Origin: a virus
Taxonomy: Duplodnaviria; Caudoviricetes
Reading direction: 5' to 3' (one strand)
IMG/VR virus record: IMGVR_UViG_3300049166_000011
Location: 1 to 40,660 of that record
DNA: 40,660 bases
The translations under genes and the position numbers were made by a program. The notes under the pieces were generated by a model, which was not told the DNA's origin, did no database searches, and worked only from the letters and a program-made list of their open reading frames with translations. Within the stretch, counting starts at the first letter, position 1. Every line of letters begins with the position of its first letter. Positions 18,247 to 25,662 of this stretch are shown one piece after another.

Positions 18247-18522
18247 GTGTTCACCCTGACGTTCTGGAAGGGCGCCGTCGAGCGCTCCGTGAAGTCCGCC
18301 GCTCAGGCGCTCGTCCTGTTCTGGGGGGTCGGCGACGGCCTCCTGAACCTGTGGTCGATCAACCCTGTCGAGACTGCGGGGATCGCCGTGGGCGCCACTG
18401 TGCTGTCCGTTCTGACGTCGCTGATCTCGGTGGGCGCTGGCCCGACCGGATCGCCGTCGATGGTGCAGGACCAGCCTACGCCGCACACCCACCGGACCGA
18501 CGTGAACCACAAACACGTCTGA
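18247..18522 (+). CDS. Holin (r1t-like)
   Basis: FWKGAVERSVKSAAQAL...VLSVLTSL...GSPS. Confidence 0.85.
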   Translation: MFTLTFWKGAVERSVKSAAQALVLFWGVGDGLLNLWSINPVETAGIAVGATVLSVLTSLISVGAGPTGSPSMVQDQPTPHTHRTDVNHKHV

Positions 18523-18534
18523 CCCGCTCCCCCT

Positions 18535-18575
18535 GCCCCCGTCTGGCCCTGTGGCCGGGCGGGGGCCTTTCGTCA
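18535..18575. terminator. Terminator where the late and early operons converge
   Basis: GCCCCCGTCTGGCC-CTGT-GGCCGGGCGGGGGC then CTTTCGTCA. Confidence 0.75.
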
Positions 18576-19370
18576 TGCCGTGGCCCGGGTGCGCCTGTCG
18601 AGCACCGCGAGGATGTCTCCGAGCAGGTACCGCGCCGGGCGCTGCCTGGACACGGGGACGATCCTGCCTTCCGCTGCCATCTTCCTCACCGCCCGATCCG
18701 TCACCGGTCGACCCAGCGCACGCGACGCCATGGCGGCCTCAGCGGCCGTCACCGTCTTCCCGGGGGCTGCCTCCACGGCGGCGCGCACAGCGGCCTCACG
18801 ACGCGCCTGAGGGTCTACCACGACACCTTCGCAGCCTTCGGTGCGGCACCGCGCCTTGTCGCGACCGGCGATCCCGTACACCGCCGCCTCGCACGCCGGG
18901 CACGGTCCGGCGTAGATGCGCTCGGCGGGCCGGTCCACAGCCCGACGCGCCTGCCAGACCGCCGCGCGAATCTCCTCCACACACGCATCCCCCCACTCCG
19001 CTACGCGAATGAGGGTGGTCTGCGAGTGCAGGAACCGCGCCATGCCCGCGATCGTGTCGTCGGGGGTCTGCCCTCCGTGGTCGTCGAGGATGACCCGGCA
19101 CCAGGTGGACAGCATCCCGTGCAGGTGGCGGCGGGCGTTGGAAGCGTCGTCGTTGATCGGGAGCGGGGCTTCCGTGGGCTTGCCGCCTCCGCCGCTGCGG
19201 GGGAAAACGTCCATCTTCGCGATGGTGATGTCCAGGTCCACGTCCAACCCGTGCAGGTCCCCGGTGGGCCAGCATGCGCGCAGGTCAGCAGCCAGAGCGC
19301 CCACGCAGGGGGCGCACACGGTGCCGTGGTCGATCTCAGCGGGGCACAGGCGGCAGAGCAGGCTTGTCAT
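18573..19370 (-). CDS. Zn-finger plus C-terminal HTH DNA-binding protein (candidate late regulator)
   Basis: CxxC pairs, RAVDRP...YAGPCPAC, VRKMAAEGRI...YLLGDIL; GGGGAG RBS; last gene of the early operon. Confidence 0.7.
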   Translation of the reverse strand: MTSLLCRLCPAEIDHGTVCAPCVGALAADLRACWPTGDLHGLDVDLDITIAKMDVFPRSGGGGKPTEAPLPINDDASNARRHLHGMLSTWCRVILDDHGGQTPDDTIAGMARFLHSQTTLIRVAEWGDACVEEIRAAVWQARRAVDRPAERIYAGPCPACEAAVYGIAGRDKARCRTEGCEGVVVDPQARREAAVRAAVEAAPGKTVTAAEAAMASRALGRPVTDRAVRKMAAEGRIVPVSRQRPARYLLGDILAVLDRRTRATA

Positions 19371-19490
19371 GGACACTCCCCTGGTAGGCGTATGGTGCTG
19401 CCAGTGGAAGTCGATGTCCGAGACGGGACAGTCCGTGTGCTTCTACGGGGGTTGTGTGGGGTCTGCCATCGGGGGATGCAGGCCCCACAC

Positions 19491-20177
19491 TCATGTGCGG
19501 GGGATGACGCGGCACCGGCAGTTCGGGTGCGTCGGCGGGAGCCCCTGGAAACCCGCCCACAGCCGCCTCGGGATGCCGGGGCCGTGGGGGTTCGCGAAGC
19601 GCTCCCCTGCCGGAACCCTGCGCCCGTTCATCGCGGCGCACACCGCGCACGCTTTCCCGTCGCGGCGGGTCACCCATTCGAGGTCGAGGTCCAACCAGCG
19701 GGCGAAGCTGAACGTCGCCGCCGACGCGGCTTGGTGGATCTTCGTGGTCGCGAGACGCACCATCCGACGGCGGAACCGGGCGAGCTCCACCGTCGCGGGC
19801 GCGGGGGTGACGGGCGCGGTCCCCGTTCGCGGCGTCTGGCCCGACAGCGCCGCGTCGATCCTCCGTGCGACGTCTTCCACGATCGCACGCACGTCCGCTT
19901 CCACGCTGATCGGAAGCGGCTCCCGCAGGAACACCCCGCCGCGCGCACGCTGCCCACGAGCGGCGTTCAACACGATCTGCGACCCGACCGTCCATCCAGC
20001 CTGCGCGGCACGGGCTACAGCCCCCGTGAGCGGCGCGAGCATGGCGAGGATCGCCGTACCGGACAGGCCAGCGGCCACAGCAGTGGTGATGATCGCCTGA
20101 ATCTCCTCGGACGCCTGCACCTCCGCCGCGTCGAGCTGCTGAGCGGGGGTGAGCGTGGGAACTGCTTCGGCGGTCAT
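19491..20177 (-). CDS. MuF/SPP1 gp7-like domain protein
   Basis: RLATTKIHQA...EWVTRRDGKACAVCAAMNG...PPTHPNCRC; ATGA-coupled to the upstream gene. Confidence 0.8.
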   Translation of the reverse strand: MTAEAVPTLTPAQQLDAAEVQASEEIQAIITTAVAAGLSGTAILAMLAPLTGAVARAAQAGWTVGSQIVLNAARGQRARGGVFLREPLPISVEADVRAIVEDVARRIDAALSGQTPRTGTAPVTPAPATVELARFRRRMVRLATTKIHQAASAATFSFARWLDLDLEWVTRRDGKACAVCAAMNGRRVPAGERFANPHGPGIPRRLWAGFQGLPPTHPNCRCRVIPRT

Positions 20178-20521
20178 GGCTTCCACGCCACCTCGAAGTC
20201 AGGGTGATCGGCATACACGGACGCCACGTCCCGCAGCTCAGGGCACTCATTGATGTCTTCGGACCACGGAAGCTCGGGGCTGCTGTACCACCCGCAGCCG
20301 ACACAGCCGTAAACGCGCGTGCCGTAGGAGTAGCTGTTGAAGACGGAGTCGTTCTCTTCGTCGGAGATCTTGTGCCGCCCGAGGACTGCCCGCTTCGCTG
20401 CGACCTCACGTCGGAGCCTCGCCAGCGCGAACGGCTCTGCTGCCACTCCGGCCTTGCTGGCGAACGCAATGGCGGCTTCGTCTTCTTCGATTCGGGCGTT
20501 GAGGAATTCCACGATGTCCAT
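20174..20521 (-). CDS. DUF6221-like protein
   Basis: MDIVEFLNARIEEDE...REVAAKR...VYADHPDF. Confidence 0.8.
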   Translation of the reverse strand: MDIVEFLNARIEEDEAAIAFASKAGVAAEPFALARLRREVAAKRAVLGRHKISDEENDSVFNSYSYGTRVYGCVGCGWYSSPELPWSEDINECPELRDVASVYADHPDFEVAWKP

Positions 20522-20552
20522 CTGACCCCTTGTTATGCGTTACGGGCATGGT

Positions 20553-20590
20553 AAACCGCCGCCGCATGTCATGGAGGCATGCGGCGGCGG
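20553..20590 (-). terminator. Intrinsic terminator-like hairpin
   Basis: 13-bp stem CCGCCGCCGCATG/CATGCGGCGGCGG then TTT on the minus strand. Confidence 0.65.
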
Positions 20591-20593
20591 CGG

Positions 20594-20962
20594 TCACAGC
20601 TCTGCGAGCTGCCGCGCCCGTGCGAGCGCGCTGTCGCGGTCGTCGAACTGCTCTGGCGGGTCGAGGGTGGTGAGGCTGATCAGCGCCGGGTCGGGCCACA
20701 CTTCCCACGGGTGGCGTGGGGTGCGCTGCGCGACCCGGTAGGGGCCGACGAGGAAGTGCGTGGCGTGGGAGAGCGCATCCTCTAGGGCCTGTACTCGCTG
20801 CCTGAGGATGACCTCCGCGACTTTCGCGAGCACCCGGGCGTCGTCGGCGAGCGCGGGCAGGTCTCCGGTGCAGGAGTGGCCCACGGTCGGCTGCCACATC
20901 TCTGTAAGCGCGCCCGTGAACGCGGCGGTCAGCTGGTCGTGGAGGGTCGCGGCCTCAGGCAT
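20594..20962 (-). CDS. Hypothetical protein, 122 aa
   Basis: GAGGA RBS; overlaps the upstream stop. Confidence 0.65.
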   Translation of the reverse strand: MPEAATLHDQLTAAFTGALTEMWQPTVGHSCTGDLPALADDARVLAKVAEVILRQRVQALEDALSHATHFLVGPYRVAQRTPRHPWEVWPDPALISLTTLDPPEQFDDRDSALARARQLAEL

Positions 20963-21227
20963 CGTCGTCCTCGCTCCTGAACAGAAGCCGATACAGGTCG
21001 CCGTCGACCATGTCGTAGGCGCGCTCGTGTGCCCAGTAGCCAGCGCGGAGGCGTTCAAGCTGGGATTCGAGGGCGGCAACCCGGTTGATGGCGTCCACGA
21101 CCCTTTGTGCGTCTTCGGGGGTGTCCATGACACCGATGAGCGTGTCCGCGTCGGACGGGGCGGTGCCGTGCTGCCGGTAGATGGTGCGGCCGACCTTGCG
21201 GCCGGTCCTCCAGGGCGCGGGGGTCAC
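20955..21227 (-). CDS. Hypothetical protein, 90 aa
   Basis: WRTGRKVGRTIY...IGVMDT; GTGA coupling. Confidence 0.7.
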   Translation of the reverse strand: MTPAPWRTGRKVGRTIYRQHGTAPSDADTLIGVMDTPEDAQRVVDAINRVAALESQLERLRAGYWAHERAYDMVDGDLYRLLFRSEDDDA

Positions 21228-21430
21228 CGGTCCTCCTCCTGGTTGTGGATCTCGCTGTAGGGGCTGTATCCGCACCTGCCGCACAGAGACCACTCCCCGA
21301 TGCAGTACGGGCCAGCCGACGCGAGCGCATAGATGGGGATGTTCGCGACTGAGTTCACCTTGCAGGTGGGGCACCACGTGTGGCGGGGCTCTCCGAAGTG
21401 GACCGGGGCCATTTCGTGAGTGCTGCTCAT
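21224..21430 (-). CDS. Small Zn-ribbon protein, 68 aa
   Basis: CPTC...CGRC; AAGGAGG RBS. Confidence 0.7.
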   Translation of the reverse strand: MSSTHEMAPVHFGEPRHTWCPTCKVNSVANIPIYALASAGPYCIGEWSLCGRCGYSPYSEIHNQEEDR

Positions 21431-21479
21431 GTGTCCTCCTTGGGTGGGTGCCCGCCGCGTGACGGGCACCCCGGGTCAG

Positions 21480-21662
21480 CTACAGGTCTGCCTGTGCGGC
21501 TTCTTCCTCGTGGCGGCGGCGCAGGTCCTCCGCGATCTCAGCGATCTGCTGTCCGGCCGCCGCGACTTCCTCCCAGTCGGACAGGTTCATCCAGGACCCG
21601 TTGATGGAGATGGCGTCGCCCAGCGTGGTGTGGTGGATGCGGATTTCGGTGGGGTCGCTCAT
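21480..21662 (-). CDS. Hypothetical protein, 60 aa
   Basis: TGATG overlap with ssb. Confidence 0.65.
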   Translation of the reverse strand: MSDPTEIRIHHTTLGDAISINGSWMNLSDWEEVAAAGQQIAEIAEDLRRRHEEEAAQADL

Positions 21663-22156
21663 CAGAACGGGGGCTCCTCGTTGCTGAACCCGGGCCGTCC
21701 GCCCTGCCCCCACGGGTCGGGCTGGGGCTGCCCTCCGGAGAACCCGCCGGGCTGCTGCCCGTAGGACTGCTGCGGCTGGCCGCCACCAAACCCGCCGCCG
21801 CCCGACTGCTGACGGGGCGGCATCAGCGCCCGGCCGATCTCCTCGACGATCACCTCGTCCGCACTCCGCTTCGCCCCGGTGTTCTGGTCTTCCCACTGGT
21901 CGGTCTTGACCCGTCCGCGCACGGTGACGAGGTCGCCCTTGGTGAGTCCGGCTTCGGCGATGGCTTCGGCGGTGCGGGCGAACGCGGTTCCCCTGCCCCA
22001 CCAGGTGTCGCCGTCTTCCCACTGGTCGGTCTGGGGGTTCTTACGGCGGCTGTTGGACACGAGGCGGAGCTTCGCGATCGCGGTCCCGGACTGGGTCCAC
22101 TTGATCTCAGGCGCGTCCACGAGACGCGCGGTCACGGTGATGCTGGGCAGGGCCAT
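21662..22156 (-). CDS. ssb: Single-stranded DNA-binding protein
   Basis: OB-fold pattern, Gly/Gln tail, DPW...EEPPF C-terminus. Confidence 0.95.
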   Translation of the reverse strand: MALPSITVTARLVDAPEIKWTQSGTAIAKLRLVSNSRRKNPQTDQWEDGDTWWGRGTAFARTAEAIAEAGLTKGDLVTVRGRVKTDQWEDQNTGAKRSADEVIVEEIGRALMPPRQQSGGGGFGGGQPQQSYGQQPGGFSGGQPQPDPWGQGGRPGFSNEEPPF

Positions 22157-22332
22157 CAGTTCTCCTCCGGGTGGTTGATCTTCACGTGCTCGCGGGCGCC
22201 AGAGCGGGCGGCTCGGGTGGCGTCACTTCCGCCATGGGCCGTGCTTGGAACGGGTCGACACTTGGAGCACTCCCACATGGCGTCGTGTCGAGCGCTTCGG
22301 ATGGTGATGAAGTCGGGCAGTTCGTCGGACAT
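22156..22332 (-). CDS. Small C2H2-type Zn protein, 58 aa
   Basis: WECSKC...HVKINH; GGAGGGG RBS. Confidence 0.65.
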   Translation of the reverse strand: MSDELPDFITIRSARHDAMWECSKCRPVPSTAHGGSDATRAARSGAREHVKINHPEEN

Positions 22333-22454
22333 GTCCCCTCCCGGGGCTGTAATGCGCGTAGGACGCTCAGGAAACTTGAGTCTTACTTCGGGGTGCCGAC
22401 AAACCTGTGCGGCCGTCAGCGTTGAACTCAGGCGCGTATGGGATACTCGGAGAC

Positions 22455-22485
22455 GCGCCCCGCCAGGTAGAGACTGGCGGGGCGC
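22455..22485. terminator. 12-bp hairpin after the methyltransferase stop
   Basis: GCGCCCCGCCAG/CTGGCGGGGCGC. Confidence 0.55.
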
Positions 22486-22487
22486 AC

Positions 22488-23705
22488 CTACGCGGCCACA
22501 TCCGCAGTCACGCGCTCCAGAAGCAGACGAAGCGCCATCGCGCCCTGCTGCGGGACCACACCGTTGCCCAGGGCGTGAAGCTGCTCGCTGCGCTTCAGCC
22601 CGATCTCCGGCGCAGTCACCCACCCGGCGGGCAAACCCATCAGCCACTCCGTGAACCGCGGGGAGAGCTGCGGACGGCCATGCTTACCCGTCGGCTCCGT
22701 CGGCGTCGGCGCTTGGCGGCCCGTGGCCGACTCCCACCGGGCAACCGCGGCGGCGTAAGGGCCGAAGTGCTCCGGCTGCACGGCGGCCGACAGCATCAGG
22801 TCGCCCTTGGAGCCTCGCTGATTCGGACCGCCATGGGTCCCGTCCGACGCCCTGGGCGTCGGGAGCAGGTTCTCGATGACCTCGTTCAACGGCCTCGCGT
22901 TGCGGTCCATGATGTTCGACTGCCCCGACTTCCAGTCGCGGGCCGCCGGCGTGGGCAGCAGGTGTTCCACCACGTCCGCGAGCGAGACCGAGTGCCCGCC
23001 GGCGCGGCGCTTGGCCGGGTCTTGGGTGCCGCCTCGGTTGCCCTGGTAGGCGTCCGGGGTCGGCAGCAGGCTCACACCGCCGGAAACAGAGCGCCCTGGT
23101 CTTGCGGGGCGGACGGTGAACGTCGGCGGCTGCTCCTGCGGCCATGCGATGAGGAAGACCCTGTCGCGGCGGTGCGGGGCTCCGACGTCGCAGGCGCCGA
23201 CAGTCGCCCATTCCGCATCGAACCCGCTGTCGGCAAGGCCGGCGAGTACGGCACCGAGTGCCCGCATAGGAGGCTCACGGTCGGGGTCTCCCATGCACCC
23301 CGGGCAGAATTCCAGGTCGCTGTCGGCTGCTTCGTGTCGGAGTCCGGGGACATTCTCGATCACTACCAATCGGGGTCGGAGGATGCGGATGGCGGCCAGG
23401 ACGTGCAGCCACAGGCCGGAGCGGGTGCCCTTGCGCATTCCGGCGCGGCGGCCGGCCACGGACACGTCCTGGCAGGGGAACCCGGCGGTGAGGATGTCCA
23501 CGGCCAGGCCGAGGACGAGGATCGACTTCCAGTCCACGGCGGTGATGTCGCCGAGGTTGGGGACGTCGGGGTGGTGGTGGGCGAGGATGCGGGTGGCGCC
23601 CGGGTCGGGGTCGGCGACGAACGCCAGCTCGGCGTCGAGGACGGCGGCGACGGCCTGGTCGAGCCCGCCGTAGCCAGAGCAGAGGGAACCGATGGTGAGA
23701 GTCAC
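22488..23705 (-). CDS. DNA (cytosine-5) methyltransferase
   Basis: SLCSGYGG, GFPCQDVS, IENV, HRRDRVF, three LLPTP repeats, WLMGLPAGW, LGNGV. Confidence 0.92.
   Translation of the reverse strand: MTLTIGSLCSGYGGLDQAVAAVLDAELAFVADPDPGATRILAHHHPDVPNLGDITAVDWKSILVLGLAVDILTAGFPCQDVSVAGRRAGMRKGTRSGLWLHVLAAIRILRPRLVVIENVPGLRHEAADSDLEFCPGCMGDPDREPPMRALGAVLAGLADSGFDAEWATVGACDVGAPHRRDRVFLIAWPQEQPPTFTVRPARPGRSVSGGVSLLPTPDAYQGNRGGTQDPAKRRAGGHSVSLADVVEHLLPTPAARDWKSGQSNIMDRNARPLNEVIENLLPTPRASDGTHGGPNQRGSKGDLMLSAAVQPEHFGPYAAAVARWESATGRQAPTPTEPTGKHGRPQLSPRFTEWLMGLPAGWVTAPEIGLKRSEQLHALGNGVVPQQGAMALRLLLERVTADVAA
23072..23353 (-). CDS. Alternative-frame ORF nested in the methyltransferase
   Basis: ATG lies within the ENV codons; TWNSARGAWET...PTAGSMRNG; its TGA overlaps an in-frame GTG of the main ORF. 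Confidence 0.35.
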   Translation of the reverse strand: MSPDSDTKQPTATWNSARGAWETPTVSLLCGHSVPYSPALPTAGSMRNGRLSAPATSEPRTAATGSSSSHGRRSSRRRSPSAPQDQGALFPAV

Positions 23706-25060
23706 TGGGCACCGCCCGTCCAGCCCGTGCCCGCCATGTCGACGATCCGGCTGTAGTGGCCCTGGAACGCGCACACCACCACACGCCCACCCGTGCCGTT
23801 ACGGTTCTTCGCGACGTCGATGTCGATCTCCCCGGCGCGCGGCGACTCCTTGTCGCGGGTGTCCTCACGGTCGAGCAGCAGCACGATGTCCGCGTCCTGC
23901 TCGATGCTTCCGGACTCCCGCAGGTCCGACAGCTGCGGCTTCTTGTCCTGGCGCTTCGTGCTTTCACGGTTGAGCTGCGACAACACCACGACCGGCACAC
24001 CGAACTCCTTCGCGAGCTTCTTCAACCCACGCGAGATCGCTGACACCTCCTGCTGCCGTGACTCCGACTGCGGACCCTCGAACAACTGGAGGTAGTCGAC
24101 GATGACCAGGTCGATCTTGTGGGTGCGGGTGTGCTTGCGCAGACGGGCCCGCATGTGCGGCAAGCTGATGTTGAAGTCGTCCGACATCCAGAACGGGGCG
24201 CGGTCCCACACCTCCTTGACCGCCATCACCCGATCCCAGTCGGCGTCGTCAAGCTCCTTGTCCCGCAGCTTCTGAAGCAGCACGTTCGCCTCAGCGGCCA
24301 TCACCCGCTGCCCGATCTCCAGGTTCTCCATCTCCAAGGAGAAGAGCACCGTGCCCACACCCCGGTGCATGGCGTTGTGTCGGGCGAAGTCAGCGGCCAC
24401 CACTGACTTACCGACCGCCGGACGGGCACCCACGATCACGACCTGACCCGGCTTCACCGACGGGAGCACCTCCCGCAGGTCCGCATACGGCGGCGTCACC
24501 GCCCCCTGGGTGTCTTTGACTTCCTGGTCGTCGACGACCCGCTGAAAGACCTCACTGGAGTGGGTGAGGGTCACACCGTTGACGGTTTCCAGCGCTTCCA
24601 CGTCCATGGCGAGCTGCTGGGAGTGCGCCACCAGCTCCGGCAGCTCCCCCTCGCCCTCGTAGCCGATCTGCGCGATGCGGGTACCGACCTCGACCAGGCG
24701 GCGAAGGACCGCCTTGTCCGACACGATCTTCGCGTAGTAGCCCGCGTTCGCCGCCGTTGGAATGGACTCGACCAGGGTGTGCAGGTACAGACCGCCCCCG
24801 TACCGGCCCGCCTCGCCGGACCTGTCGAGCTCGGTGGCGACCGACACAGCCGACACGGGGTCGCCGCGCTCCTCTAGGCGCATGATCGCGTCGTAGATGA
24901 GCTGATGCGCGGGCTTGTACCAGTCACCCGGCCGGATCAGGTCCGACACCTGCCGGATGGCGTCACGGGACAGCAGCATCCCCCCGAGGGCGCACATCTC
25001 AGCGGCCTCGTCGTGCGGCGGGGTCCGCCCGATCGTGGGGGCGTCGTCCATGATGGTCAC
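23702..25060 (-). CDS. dnaB: Replicative DNA helicase
   Basis: PPHDEAAE, GARPAVGKS, FSLEM, VDYLQL, LSQLNR, DLRESGSIEQDAD, KNRNG. Confidence 0.96.
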   Translation of the reverse strand: MTIMDDAPTIGRTPPHDEAAEMCALGGMLLSRDAIRQVSDLIRPGDWYKPAHQLIYDAIMRLEERGDPVSAVSVATELDRSGEAGRYGGGLYLHTLVESIPTAANAGYYAKIVSDKAVLRRLVEVGTRIAQIGYEGEGELPELVAHSQQLAMDVEALETVNGVTLTHSSEVFQRVVDDQEVKDTQGAVTPPYADLREVLPSVKPGQVVIVGARPAVGKSVVAADFARHNAMHRGVGTVLFSLEMENLEIGQRVMAAEANVLLQKLRDKELDDADWDRVMAVKEVWDRAPFWMSDDFNISLPHMRARLRKHTRTHKIDLVIVDYLQLFEGPQSESRQQEVSAISRGLKKLAKEFGVPVVVLSQLNRESTKRQDKKPQLSDLRESGSIEQDADIVLLLDREDTRDKESPRAGEIDIDVAKNRNGTGGRVVVCAFQGHYSRIVDMAGTGWTGGAQ

Positions 25061-25662
25061 TTCGCCCTCCTGCGGTCGCCGCCGCGCAGGGCCACGAACG
25101 TCGCCTCGTCCTGCAACCGACTGGCGGCGCGCGGGCCGACGAGGTTCTTCAGGTCCTCCTGCTCGCCGGTGTCGGACAGGTTCGCGGTCAGCCCCATCGG
25201 TAGCCCGGCCTTCCACCGGTCGTTGATGATCCGGTGAAGGTTGTCGCTGTCCCAGTCCTGCATGCCGACCGCGCCGACGTCATCGATCGCGAGGAAATCC
25301 GCGCCCGTCCACCGGGCGAGGGTGTCCTCGTCGCGGCTGCGGGCGGCCTTCTTGACGTCGTAGGCGTCCACGACCTCGAAGCGGCCCCGCCACCCGGCGC
25401 GGATCAGGGTTTCCCCGGCCTTCCACAGCGACCAGGTCTTCCCCGCGCCGATCCCGCCGACGAGGACCAAAGATCCGGCGTCGCCCTTGTAGAGGGCGCG
25501 GCACCAGGTGAGGACGCGGCTGTCGAGGGTGCCCTCAGCGGCGAACCGCTTCGGGCGCTTAGCGAGGAACACGTTCACGCGGTGTTCGATCTGCTCGCGG
25601 ATCACCGACTCCTGGGCGGCGCGGAGATTCGCCTCCCGATCGGTGGGGTCAAAGATGGTCAC
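25057..25662 (-). CDS. DnaC/IstB-like AAA+ helicase loader
   Basis: Walker A GGIGAGKT, Walker B LAIDDVG, IINDR, SRL...GGDRR. Confidence 0.9.
   Translation of the reverse strand: MTIFDPTDREANLRAAQESVIREQIEHRVNVFLAKRPKRFAAEGTLDSRVLTWCRALYKGDAGSLVLVGGIGAGKTWSLWKAGETLIRAGWRGRFEVVDAYDVKKAARSRDEDTLARWTGADFLAIDDVGAVGMQDWDSDNLHRIINDRWKAGLPMGLTANLSDTGEQEDLKNLVGPRAASRLQDEATFVALRGGDRRRAK

Noticed and set aside
19336-19494. 52-aa ORF coupled to the MuF stop
   Set aside because: Atypical codons and overlap with the next gene's RBS and start; cannot be supported
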